In this document: positions 19,950-28,673 of the stretch, piece after piece
How the letters are laid out: each line of letters begins with the position of its first letter
How positions within the stretch are numbered: the stretch's first letter is position 1
NCBI GenBank assembly: GCA_964347045.1
Contig: CAYFXC010000009.1
Coordinates: forward strand, 1 to 64,000
Reading direction: 5' to 3'
DNA length: 64,000 nucleotides
Origin: an uncultured archaeon
GTDB lineage: Archaea; Asgardarchaeota; Hermodarchaeia; Hermodarchaeales; Hermodarchaeaceae
Translations under genes and position numbers: made by a program
Notes under the pieces: model-generated
Told to the model about the DNA's origin: nothing
What the model saw: the letters and a program-made list of their open reading frames with translations, nothing else
The model's database searches: none

Positions 19950-22544
19950 TTGCAAAGATATTTAGCGAAAGCGGAGTTCTTTTTGAAAGAAATGGTGGTG
20001 GCAGTTATCGCAAAAGCAAAGCAACCTATTGAAAAGAAACCTCGTATTGGTGTATTTGTTTGTGAGTGTGGTCGCAACATCGCCGGTGTCGTCGACTGTA
20101 ACGCCCTAGCCAAAGGCGCCGAAAACCTTGATGGCGTCGTTGCGACAAAGGTCAATAGATTCACATGTGCTGACCCAGGACAGGAAGAAATCAAACGCAT
20201 TGTAAAAGAAGAAAGTCTTGATCGAGTCGTTGTTGCGGCTTGTACTCCACGTTTGCATGAACCTACTTTTCGGCGATGCACCGAAGATGCTGGGTTAAAC
20301 CAGTTCTTCTTTGAAATGGCTAACATTCGCGATCAAGGCACATGGTGTCATGCAAGTAACCCCCAAGGATGCCAAGAAAAAGCTGCCGACCTCATTGCTA
20401 GTGCCGTTGCAAAAGCCCACCATCTCCAACCCCTTGAAGTTCCAAAAGTTCCAGTTACTCACACCGCACTTGTCATTGGTGGAGGTGTTTCAGGTATCCA
20501 TGCCGCCCTAGATATTGCCGATGCTGGGTACAAAGTATACCTTGTTGAACGCTCTCCAACAATTGGAGGCATTATGGCGCTCCTCGATAAGACATTTCCG
20601 ACTTTGGACTGTTCAATTTGTATTTTGGGTCCGAAGATGGCAGAAGCAGCTCGTCATCCAAATATTGAGTTAATTACAAACGCAGAGGTTACGAAGGTTG
20701 AGGGGTTCGTGGGAAACTTCAAGGTACAAGTTACACAGCGTCCGCGCTATGTAGATATTGACAAATGTAATAGTTGTGAGGATTGCCAAAAGGTTTGCCC
20801 TGTTCTTGTTCCCAATAACTTCGATGCAAATCTTAGCTGGCGTCATGCCATTTACATTCCTTATCCTCAAGCTGTACCCGCTGCCTACATGATTGATCCC
20901 GATCATTGCTTAGGACTTACCCCAAAAGAATGTATGATGTGTTATGAAGCCTGCAATAAAGCAGGGCAGGAAGCCATTATTCCTGATGACACAGAAAAAA
21001 TTCATGAATTAGATATTGGGACAATCATCGTTGCCACTGGGTACGAGCCTTATGATCCAACACCCATTACCGAATATGGATACGGCATCTATCCTAATGT
21101 AATAACAGCCATGGAGCTAGAACGTCTCATCAATGCCGCGGGACCCACTGAAGGCAATGTCATCCGCCCTTCAGATAAGACCAAACCCCACCGATTCGCC
21201 TTTATCCAATGTGTTGGCAGCCGCGATGAACGTACCAACATCTACTGTTCAGGGTTCTGCTGTATGTACACGATAAAAAATGCCCTCCTCCTCCACGAAA
21301 AATACCCTGATGCTGAAATCACTATTTACTACATGGATATCCGTTCTAACTTTAAAGATTATGAGGAATTCTACCAACGCGCCCGGCGTGCAGGAATACG
21401 CTTCCAACAAGGACGCCCTGCAAATATCTCTGAAGACTCCCAAACGCACAATCTTTTCGTCCAAGCTGAAGACATGGCTACGGGCAAATTCACTAAACGT
21501 GAATTCGATATGGTCATCCTCAGCACTGCTGCTGTTCCTAGCAAAGGAACCCAAGACCTAGCCCGTGTTCTCAACGTACCAATTGGGCCATCTGGGTTTT
21601 ACATGGAAGCACATCCTAAACTTAAACCCGTTGACGCTGCTACTGAAGGCGTTTTCTTCTGTGGTTCCGCACAAGGACCTAAAGATATCCCTGCCAGCGT
21701 TGCTCAGGGCAGCGCCGCTGCCTCAAGGGCGCTTCGCATCATTACTCAAGACGAATGGGAAATTGAACCTATCGTCGCTGTTGTTAATCCCGAACTTTGC
21801 CGAAGTGCCACTGGTAAATGTGGTATTTGTGTGACCCGCTGCGCCTATGGTGCTATCTCAGCAGAACCTGGATCTGCGGCATTGGTCACTCCCGCAAAAT
21901 GCCACGGGTGTGGGACATGTGTTGCTGAGTGTCCTACTGGTGCAATTGAGCAATTTCACTTTAATGACATACAGATTATGGACCAAATACGTGCGTTATT
22001 AAAGGATAATCCAGAGGACAAGATTTTCGCTATGTTATGTAATTGGTGTAGTTATGCCGGAGCAGATTTAGCTGGAATTAGTCGATATGATTATCCCACA
22101 AATGTACGTGGAATCCGCGTGATGTGTTCTGGAAGGATGTCTGACAAATTCATTTTGGAGGCATTTCGATTAGGTGCAGGAATGGTGCTCATGTCAGGCT
22201 GTCGGTTAACGGAGACTGGTAGTGATTGTCACTACATTTCAGGTAATGTGTGGGCTGAGAAACGGGCCAAACGAATGTCGGCATATCTTGAACGGATTGG
22301 AATGGACTCGAGGAGGTTCCGGCTTGAATGGGTATCAGCAGCTGAAGGCGACAGATGGGCGGCTATTATTACTGAAATGGCACAACAGCTCAACGAAATG
22401 GGACGCGATTTTATTATCGAAGAAAATGCGCGAATACGTCCTGCAATTGAAGAACGGCTTGATAAATTGATGAAAAGAGAGAAGCCGAAACCCAAGGCGA
22501 AAAAGAAATCTAAATCTAAGGCAGCTAAGGTGAAGGTGAAATGA
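19950..22544 (+). CDS. hdrA: Heterodisulfide reductase subunit A fused to a C-terminal MvhD domain
   Basis: RIGVFVCECG, VVAACTP..HE, ANIRDQ, GGGVSG, DKTFPTLDCSIC, QCVGSRD, CSGFCC, GPKDIP. The MvhD part has CNWCSY.GAD, RVMCSGR and CHYISGN. Confidence 0.96.
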   Translation: MQRYLAKAEFFLKEMVVAVIAKAKQPIEKKPRIGVFVCECGRNIAGVVDCNALAKGAENLDGVVATKVNRFTCADPGQEEIKRIVKEESLDRVVVAACTPRLHEPTFRRCTEDAGLNQFFFEMANIRDQGTWCHASNPQGCQEKAADLIASAVAKAHHLQPLEVPKVPVTHTALVIGGGVSGIHAALDIADAGYKVYLVERSPTIGGIMALLDKTFPTLDCSICILGPKMAEAARHPNIELITNAEVTKVEGFVGNFKVQVTQRPRYVDIDKCNSCEDCQKVCPVLVPNNFDANLSWRHAIYIPYPQAVPAAYMIDPDHCLGLTPKECMMCYEACNKAGQEAIIPDDTEKIHELDIGTIIVATGYEPYDPTPITEYGYGIYPNVITAMELERLINAAGPTEGNVIRPSDKTKPHRFAFIQCVGSRDERTNIYCSGFCCMYTIKNALLLHEKYPDAEITIYYMDIRSNFKDYEEFYQRARRAGIRFQQGRPANISEDSQTHNLFVQAEDMATGKFTKREFDMVILSTAAVPSKGTQDLARVLNVPIGPSGFYMEAHPKLKPVDAATEGVFFCGSAQGPKDIPASVAQGSAAASRALRIITQDEWEIEPIVAVVNPELCRSATGKCGICVTRCAYGAISAEPGSAALVTPAKCHGCGTCVAECPTGAIEQFHFNDIQIMDQIRALLKDNPEDKIFAMLCNWCSYAGADLAGISRYDYPTNVRGIRVMCSGRMSDKFILEAFRLGAGMVLMSGCRLTETGSDCHYISGNVWAEKRAKRMSAYLERIGMDSRRFRLEWVSAAEGDRWAAIITEMAQQLNEMGRDFIIEENARIRPAIEERLDKLMKREKPKPKAKKKSKSKAAKVKVK

Positions 22545-23098
22545 ACGTGGATGAAAATCTCGAAGAAATTTCATCAAAACTAGCAAAACGCGTTGATACT
22601 AAAAGTTGTTTTGCATGCGGAACTTGTGTAGCTGCCTGCCCTATTTCTCGTTTGACTGGATCGGATACTTATCATCCACGGCGCGTTGTGAAAGCCACAC
22701 TTGAAGGTGAAGCTGCTGCTCTTCTTGAAGAACCAGCTTTGTGGTTATGTACAAGTTGTCATGCGTGTCTAGAGCATTGTCCACAGAAGGTGCCTGTTTC
22801 TGAATTGATTAAGGATTTACAAAACCTTGCGAGTTCGATGGGGATTACACCAAGCGATATAGTAGCCGAAGTGGATACTATTCTTGCAACGGGATGGGCT
22901 TTGGCTCCAAGTGAGCAAACGAATAAGAAACGCGCTGAGCTAGGATTACCACCCATACCATTGGACACGGATGGTTGCAAGGACCTTCAAAAGATTTCAA
23001 AGGTAACCAATCTTTTCGAGCGTCTAGAGAAGATAAAACAACGAAATTTAGAAAAAGCCCAAGCTGCTGCAGCTGCTGAAGAGGGAGGTGAAGCGTAA
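22541..23098 (+). CDS. hdrC: Heterodisulfide reductase subunit C
   Basis: CFACGTCVAACP and LWLCTSCHACLEHCP; start overlaps the hdrA stop (ATGA). Confidence 0.92.
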   Translation: MNVDENLEEISSKLAKRVDTKSCFACGTCVAACPISRLTGSDTYHPRRVVKATLEGEAAALLEEPALWLCTSCHACLEHCPQKVPVSELIKDLQNLASSMGITPSDIVAEVDTILATGWALAPSEQTNKKRAELGLPPIPLDTDGCKDLQKISKVTNLFERLEKIKQRNLEKAQAAAAAEEGGEA

Positions 23099-23985
23099 TG
23101 TCCGACTCTGTTTGGGCACTTTATATGGGATGTGTGATTCCGAATCGGCTTCCCCATATGGAGGTAGCAATGCGCGAAACATTACGCCACTTCGAAATCA
23201 AAACTCACGATATAGAAGGGTTTACGTGTTGTCCTAATCCCCTTACGCTTCAACATATTGATCATCATGCGTCATTAGCCATTTCAGCTCGTAATCTTGC
23301 AATTGCTGAAGAACAAGGGATGGACATCCTTACTCCCTGTAATGGTTGTTTTGAAATGCTCAAAAGCGCTGCAGTGTGTCTGCAGAATGACAAGGAACTC
23401 CTAGAAAAGACTAATGTAATTCTAGCAAAGACTGGACATGAATACAAAGGGATAACAAAAGTGAAGCATTTTATCCAACTCCTCTTCGAAGATATTGGAC
23501 TTGGAACTATCGCTGAATCAGTCGTTCATCCACTTACTGATTTGACAGTGGCGGTTCATGTTGGGTGTCATATCCTTCGCCCCAGCAACCTACTCAACGT
23601 TGATGATGCTAAACGACCATCTATTCTTCATCAACTTGTTCATGCTTTAGGAGCCAAAACAGTATCATATCCCGATGAAATGGATTGTTGCGGATATGGG
23701 ACACGCCCTGCTGATCGAGATCTTCCACTGAAAATGACAGGAATAAAGCTTGAAAACATGAAGCGGGCTGGAGCCCAAGCTCTGGTTTTAATATGTCCGG
23801 CTTGTTCGCTTCAATTTGATTTAATGCAACGTCTTGCAATGCGAGACTCTGATGATAAAACACCACTCCCGGTTTTTTACTATCCTGAGATCCTAAATCT
23901 TGCATTAGGAACCCCGCCTGAACGACTTGGATTTGAACACCATCGTGTTAATGTTGATCCAGTGCTCTCAAAACTGATTTCCTAA
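23098..23985 (+). CDS. hdrB: Heterodisulfide reductase subunit B
   Basis: CCG motifs FTCCP, TPCNGC, HVGCH, CCGYG, CPACSLQFD; TAATG coupling to hdrC. Confidence 0.93.
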   Translation: MSDSVWALYMGCVIPNRLPHMEVAMRETLRHFEIKTHDIEGFTCCPNPLTLQHIDHHASLAISARNLAIAEEQGMDILTPCNGCFEMLKSAAVCLQNDKELLEKTNVILAKTGHEYKGITKVKHFIQLLFEDIGLGTIAESVVHPLTDLTVAVHVGCHILRPSNLLNVDDAKRPSILHQLVHALGAKTVSYPDEMDCCGYGTRPADRDLPLKMTGIKLENMKRAGAQALVLICPACSLQFDLMQRLAMRDSDDKTPLPVFYYPEILNLALGTPPERLGFEHHRVNVDPVLSKLIS

Positions 23986-24023
23986 TCCTCAAAGTTGAAT
24001 CATCTAATTATTTTTCACTGGGC

Positions 24024-25067
24024 CTATGAAATAGGAAATAATACTGGAAAAAAAGGAACAAGCCATGCATATAGAAAGAATAATCCAAGCGCAAATATCG
24101 CAGATATAGGCACCGTTAACACTGATGCAATGGCGATCTTTCTTACGGCTGTTCCTCCTATGGGAGTTCGGTTTGCCAGACCGACACCAATCACTGCAGT
24201 CACGAGTACATGAGTTCCTGATAGGGGAAGGCCCATTAAAGTACCAATTAACATTACAATGGCTACACCGGTTTCAGCAGCAAAGCTCGAACTTGGTCGT
24301 AGTTCCGTTAGTTCTCTTCCCACTGTTGCAACAACACGGCGTCCTATGAGAAATAACCCAAATGCTATGCCAGCCCCCCCAAGAAGTAGAAACCATCGAA
24401 TCATTGGAATTCCGTAAAGGGTTTCCGTTGGATCAGGAAATGCCATAACTAAGATTCCCACAGCTTTTGACACATCATTGCCACCTCGGCTCAATGCAGT
24501 GATGATTACTACAACTAATAATGCGACAGAAAAAATTCGCTCCAATCGTTGAACTTGATCCAACCCAGTTGCACGGGGTAACACGGTTTTTCGTATCAGA
24601 AATTGAATTCCAAAAGCTATGCCTAATCCAAATAGGGGGCTTAAGACCCAACCCAGGACAATCAGTCCAATTTCTTCCCAATTAATTACTGGCGTAACCA
24701 AGACTAGTTGTAACCAAAGTCCAATACCTAGTACACAACCCACAATACTATGAGTTGTTGAAATAGGATATCCTCTCAAGGATACCAATAGCAGCCAGCA
24801 GGTCATCGCAATCGCAATAATAATGACAATATCAAGTGGAAGATCAATCAATAGCATATCTTCGCCAATAGTTTTAGAAACTCCCACTCCCAGGAGTTGA
24901 GCCCCAATAATGACAAGGAATCCGCCAAGCATTATAGCTGCATTTAATGTCAAGACTTTTGCGCCTACTACGCCTGCCATGGTCTCGTCGTTGGCTCCAA
25001 TGGCCATGGCGACAATAAACACTAAGACAATGAGGAAAAGGACTGCAAATAGAAGCTCTGTGGACAT
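24024..25067 (-). CDS. pit: Inorganic phosphate transporter (PiT family)
   Basis: GAND, PISTTHSIVG, GGNDV, PLSGTH signature repeats. Confidence 0.92.
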   Translation of the reverse strand: MSTELLFAVLFLIVLVFIVAMAIGANDETMAGVVGAKVLTLNAAIMLGGFLVIIGAQLLGVGVSKTIGEDMLLIDLPLDIVIIIAIAMTCWLLLVSLRGYPISTTHSIVGCVLGIGLWLQLVLVTPVINWEEIGLIVLGWVLSPLFGLGIAFGIQFLIRKTVLPRATGLDQVQRLERIFSVALLVVVIITALSRGGNDVSKAVGILVMAFPDPTETLYGIPMIRWFLLLGGAGIAFGLFLIGRRVVATVGRELTELRPSSSFAAETGVAIVMLIGTLMGLPLSGTHVLVTAVIGVGLANRTPIGGTAVRKIAIASVLTVPISAIFALGLFFLYAWLVPFFPVLFPIS

Positions 25068-25187
25068 GGTTTATTATACTCCTGTTTGTCTTAGCAAAAA
25101 GATTCGGCATTTTATTTTAAGAAAACATATTCTCTATAGATTCTATAGACTAAGAAAAAAACGATTACTCCCAAAAGAATCTTACGC

Positions 25188-25955
25188 ATGAACCCCCTAT
25201 TTTTCATCATATTTTTACAGGGAGGAATTTCATTGCAAGCCTCCATTGCTGTTGAAATGCGTGAAATGCTTAATAAATGGGGGGCTGATATTGTTGGCTT
25301 TGCCCCAGTAACTCGCTTTAGTCGGTTTGCCCCAGAAAATCGACCAACTTTTTCATTCCCAGAAACCCGTTCAGTAATAGTACTTGGGATTCAGATGGTT
25401 GACCCTCTTATGGATCTTTGGCTCCATGCTCCTCCAACAACAGGGGCTGGACGAGTACCTTCAGGTCGAGCCTTTGAAGATGAAATCCTAAAAGCAATTG
25501 GATATCGTTTTGTATTGAATATGTATCGTAGGGGATTTGGTGCAAAGCTTCTACCCTATGGTCCAACTCCTGATTCCACGCGGGAGGGCTTCATCTTCCT
25601 CAAAGATGCCGCTGTCTTGGCTGGGTTGGGTGTTATTGGAAAAAATAACTTATTATTAACCCCTGAGTTTGGTCCACGTGTTCGACTTCGCGCTATTGCC
25701 ATCGGAAAAGAACTTCCACCAAGCCGCATGATGACTGAAAATCCTTGGTGCAAGGACTGTGATCGTTGCATTAAGGTTTGCCCGGTTAATGCCTTAGAGG
25801 GTGGAAAATATGATCGTGACAAGTGTTTGACTAGTCCGTTTCACAAACGGGGCCTTTCTCCTGGTGCAGAGCTCTGGTGTACGCGTTGTTCTTGTGTATG
25901 CCCTGTAGGAAGTCGTGTTCCTTGTGATGACGTACTTAAGATTCATCCGCTTTAA
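25188..25955 (+). CDS. QueG/reductive dehalogenase-like cobalamin and 2x[4Fe-4S] protein
   Basis: GADIVGFA, SVIVLG, AAVLAGLGVIGKNNLLLTPEFGPRVRL, CKDCDRCIKVCP, CTRC..VCP. Confidence 0.82.
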   Translation: MNPLFFIIFLQGGISLQASIAVEMREMLNKWGADIVGFAPVTRFSRFAPENRPTFSFPETRSVIVLGIQMVDPLMDLWLHAPPTTGAGRVPSGRAFEDEILKAIGYRFVLNMYRRGFGAKLLPYGPTPDSTREGFIFLKDAAVLAGLGVIGKNNLLLTPEFGPRVRLRAIAIGKELPPSRMMTENPWCKDCDRCIKVCPVNALEGGKYDRDKCLTSPFHKRGLSPGAELWCTRCSCVCPVGSRVPCDDVLKIHPL

Positions 25956-26018
25956 TGTCACAGGTGAGGTTTTAAGTACCTCTTCTGTTGATGAAAACAT
26001 AATCAAGGAGGAACCTTT

Positions 26019-27383
26019 GTGACCCAACATGACCTGATAATTGTTGGCGCTGGACCCGCTGGTGCCCATCTAGCAAAAGAAGCGGCACAGCTAGGACTGG
26101 ATGTGTTGCTCTTGGAACGTTTTCCTCGAGAACGTGTGGGTGACAAAGTTTGCGGTGAAGGCATCGCGCTTCATCATCTCAAAAATGCTGGTATTCCTTA
26201 CCCTAAAGGGAAGGAACTAGGTAACACTATCAATGGTATCGATATCTATCCTCCTAGCATGAAAAATTACATTACCATAAGTCAACGAATGGAAGGAGAA
26301 CCCTGTGATGGCTGGACAATCAATCGAATTTATTTTGGACAACGGCTCCTTGGGTACGCTGAAAAAGCAGGAGCTACGATTCAAGACCACGCGCATGTTT
26401 TAGAACCCATTTTTGAGAATGGAGCAGTCATCGGAGTAAAATACAAAGACACTATTTCAAACACTTTGAAGAAAGTTTTTGCCAAGGTTACTGTTGATGC
26501 AAGTGGAATGTCTGCAAGTCTTCGCCGAAAAATGAAAGATCCTCTGATTGAGCAGACTATTGCATTAAAAGATCAAGCGGTTTGTTATCGTGAAATTTTA
26601 GAACTTCATGAACCTTTTGAGCCAGCTGATCGATGCTGGATTATCATGGATGATCGCTTTAGCCCTGGAGGTTATACATGGATATTTCCACGTGGAAAAA
26701 ACATTGCTAATGTCGGCCTTGGTACACAAGGCGGTCAAGGTCATCGACCGAAGGAACTTTTCAAACAATTTCTAGCATCCACTCCCCTCTTCAAAGCTTC
26801 AAAGGTTATACATGGTGGAGGCGGTGCAGCTCCAATTCGAAGACCACTTTGGAGTTATGTTGCAGATGGAATTGTTTTTATTGGTGATAGTGGATGCCAT
26901 GTAAATCCGATTCATGGTGGTGGAATTGGATCAGCCATTGAAGCTGGACATGTAGTGGCTCCAATTATTAGACAAGCTATTGAAACCAATGACACGTCAA
27001 CGAGTGGGCTTTGGCAGTTCAATGTTGAGTATAATCAGAAACACTATGGACAAAAAATTGCTTCATTAGACTTAATGCGTCATCTTCTCCAGGAGGTTGG
27101 GAACGAGGAGTTTGATTTTGTTATCAATAATCGGATTCTTACTACGGATGATATGCTTAGAGCTAACGCAGGTGAAGGTATCCACATATCTGCTCTGGAT
27201 AAGGCAGGACGAATGATTCGTGGATTAAGGAAACTCGGACTTCTTCGGAGGATTCAAAATGTGTCAAGGGCAATGAGTGAAATGCTATCCCTTTATCGGA
27301 ATTTCCCTGAATCCTTAGATACTTTTGAGTCTTGGAAAAAACGAGTTTCAAAGCTCTATCATGATTTGGGGTATCAGCCCTAA
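26019..27383 (+). CDS. Geranylgeranyl reductase family (digeranylgeranylglycerophospholipid reductase)
   Basis: IVGAGPAG, KVCGEG, PGGYTWIFPRG, NVGLG, IGDSG..VNPIHGGGI. Confidence 0.9.
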   Translation: MTQHDLIIVGAGPAGAHLAKEAAQLGLDVLLLERFPRERVGDKVCGEGIALHHLKNAGIPYPKGKELGNTINGIDIYPPSMKNYITISQRMEGEPCDGWTINRIYFGQRLLGYAEKAGATIQDHAHVLEPIFENGAVIGVKYKDTISNTLKKVFAKVTVDASGMSASLRRKMKDPLIEQTIALKDQAVCYREILELHEPFEPADRCWIIMDDRFSPGGYTWIFPRGKNIANVGLGTQGGQGHRPKELFKQFLASTPLFKASKVIHGGGGAAPIRRPLWSYVADGIVFIGDSGCHVNPIHGGGIGSAIEAGHVVAPIIRQAIETNDTSTSGLWQFNVEYNQKHYGQKIASLDLMRHLLQEVGNEEFDFVINNRILTTDDMLRANAGEGIHISALDKAGRMIRGLRKLGLLRRIQNVSRAMSEMLSLYRNFPESLDTFESWKKRVSKLYHDLGYQP

Positions 27384-27487
27384 AGCCCCTGAACTCTTCA
27401 GAGTTATCCCTCGTTACGTTTTTTATTTCGCTCAGAGTAAGAATAATTAAAATCACATTCTTGAAGTAATAGGAATGTGAATGTCGA

Positions 27488-28393
27488 GTGAATGTCATGG
27501 AACTTCCTATAGTTATTGATGCACACGCTCGTCATGTTGCTAGAGTGATTTTTTCACCTGATAATACTGCTTTACTCTCCTCAGGTATGGATAACCTTGT
27601 CCAAGTATGGGCAGTAAAAGAGTGGACACAACAACACACATTTTTTGGTCATACAAATAGCGTAAATGCCATTGCTTTAACACCTTTAGGAGACTTTCTA
27701 GTGAGTGGATCAACTGATACGACGGTAAAAGTATGGAGTTATCAAACAGGGGATCTTGAATACACATTAAGTGGGCATAAAAAAACAGTATCAACGGTGG
27801 CGATCTCTCCATCAGGTGAATATATCGCTTCAGGATCTTATGACGGGCTTGTGAAAATATGGAATCTTGCATCTGGTGAAGAAATCCGCTCAATAACCAA
27901 TATTGGACGAAATATTGCATCAGTAGATTTTTCTCCGGACGGTAAATATTTAGTTGCTGGCGGTTTGGGCGATGACATCTACCTTTGGGCAACACCAACT
28001 GGCGAGCTTATCCAACAAATCAAAGGTCACGAAACAGCAGTAAATTCAGTCACCTTCTCACCTGACGGTAAATGGCTTGGTTCAATTGGATATGAAGAAA
28101 CCCTGAAAGTTTGGGCAACAAGATCCTGGGAACAAGTACGTTCAATTAACCTTGAATCACGGGCAAGCGATCTAAGCTTTACTTCAGATAGCAAAAAGAT
28201 TGTTGCCGCGATCGATTACGGAGTCCGAATATGGAACCTACGTACAGGTGAAATTGACAAACAGTTTGAATTACCCGTTAAAGGAGTCTATACTGTTGCC
28301 GTCTCACCTACAAGACGATGGCTTGCTGTGGGATCTGCTGATGGTAAAGTTAGAATCTGGGAAATTCGTAAACCATCAAAAAAATCCGAATAA
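27488..28393 (+). CDS. WD40-repeat beta-propeller protein (about 7 blades)
   Basis: Repeated GH..V..V..SP.G...SGS.D..VKIW units. Confidence 0.95.
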   Translation: MNVMELPIVIDAHARHVARVIFSPDNTALLSSGMDNLVQVWAVKEWTQQHTFFGHTNSVNAIALTPLGDFLVSGSTDTTVKVWSYQTGDLEYTLSGHKKTVSTVAISPSGEYIASGSYDGLVKIWNLASGEEIRSITNIGRNIASVDFSPDGKYLVAGGLGDDIYLWATPTGELIQQIKGHETAVNSVTFSPDGKWLGSIGYEETLKVWATRSWEQVRSINLESRASDLSFTSDSKKIVAAIDYGVRIWNLRTGEIDKQFELPVKGVYTVAVSPTRRWLAVGSADGKVRIWEIRKPSKKSE

Positions 28394-28395
28394 TA

Positions 28396-28404
28396 TTTTA
28401 TAAA
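28396..28404 (+). promoter_or_regulatory. Archaeal TATA box (TTTTATAAA) of the putative ncRNA
   Basis: Lies about 21-29 nt upstream of the first base of the terminal helix (28425) and is preceded by purine-rich GAATAA. Confidence 0.5.
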
Positions 28405-28424
28405 CTTGAAGAAGTTGAATTGAT

Positions 28425-28653
28425 GGAGTGCCTCACCATCCTTAAGTCACGACGGATCATCGGTACTCCCCCGGATGCTTCCCAGGCATCTGCTGCTGTT
28501 ACAAATCGGAAAAGGAGCGAGGGCGTCGGAGGTTAAACGGCGCCCTCCGCCAAGAGGCAAACGCTAAGAGTATTGCCTTATAGAATCCTTCGTAACAAGT
28601 AGCTAAGGGCAATGCCTGCTTTTTATAGTGCTTGTGTAAAGAAAGGCACATCC
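28425..28653 (+). ncRNA. Putative structured non-coding RNA (about 230 nt), family not recognised
   Basis: Terminal helix GGA-GTGCCT (28425-33) with AGGCAC-A-TCC (28644-53). Hairpins at 28472-92, 28519-47 and 28554-79. Enclosing helices 28492-502/28592-603 and 28512-16/28586-90. TATA box upstream and T-rich tract at 28662-70. Confidence 0.6.
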
Positions 28654-28673
28654 TAAACTCATTCTTTTTCCTG

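Noticed and set aside
19950-23985. Selenoproteins or SECIS elements in the hdr operon
   Set aside because: No in-frame TGA; all expected positions are Cys.
28425-28653. Identity as RNase P RNA, SRP RNA, tRNA, fluoride riboswitch or HEARO/IscB omega-RNA
   Set aside because: No GAGGAAAGUCC or CR-V, no SRP helix-8 motif, and no T-loop. GGTACTCC..GGATGCTTCCCAG superficially recalls HEARO, but the helix order differs and no IscB/TnpB gene is nearby.
9068-28659. Shared 11-mer CATCCTAAACT at 9068 and 28649
   Set aside because: Matches of this length are expected by chance many times in 64 kb.
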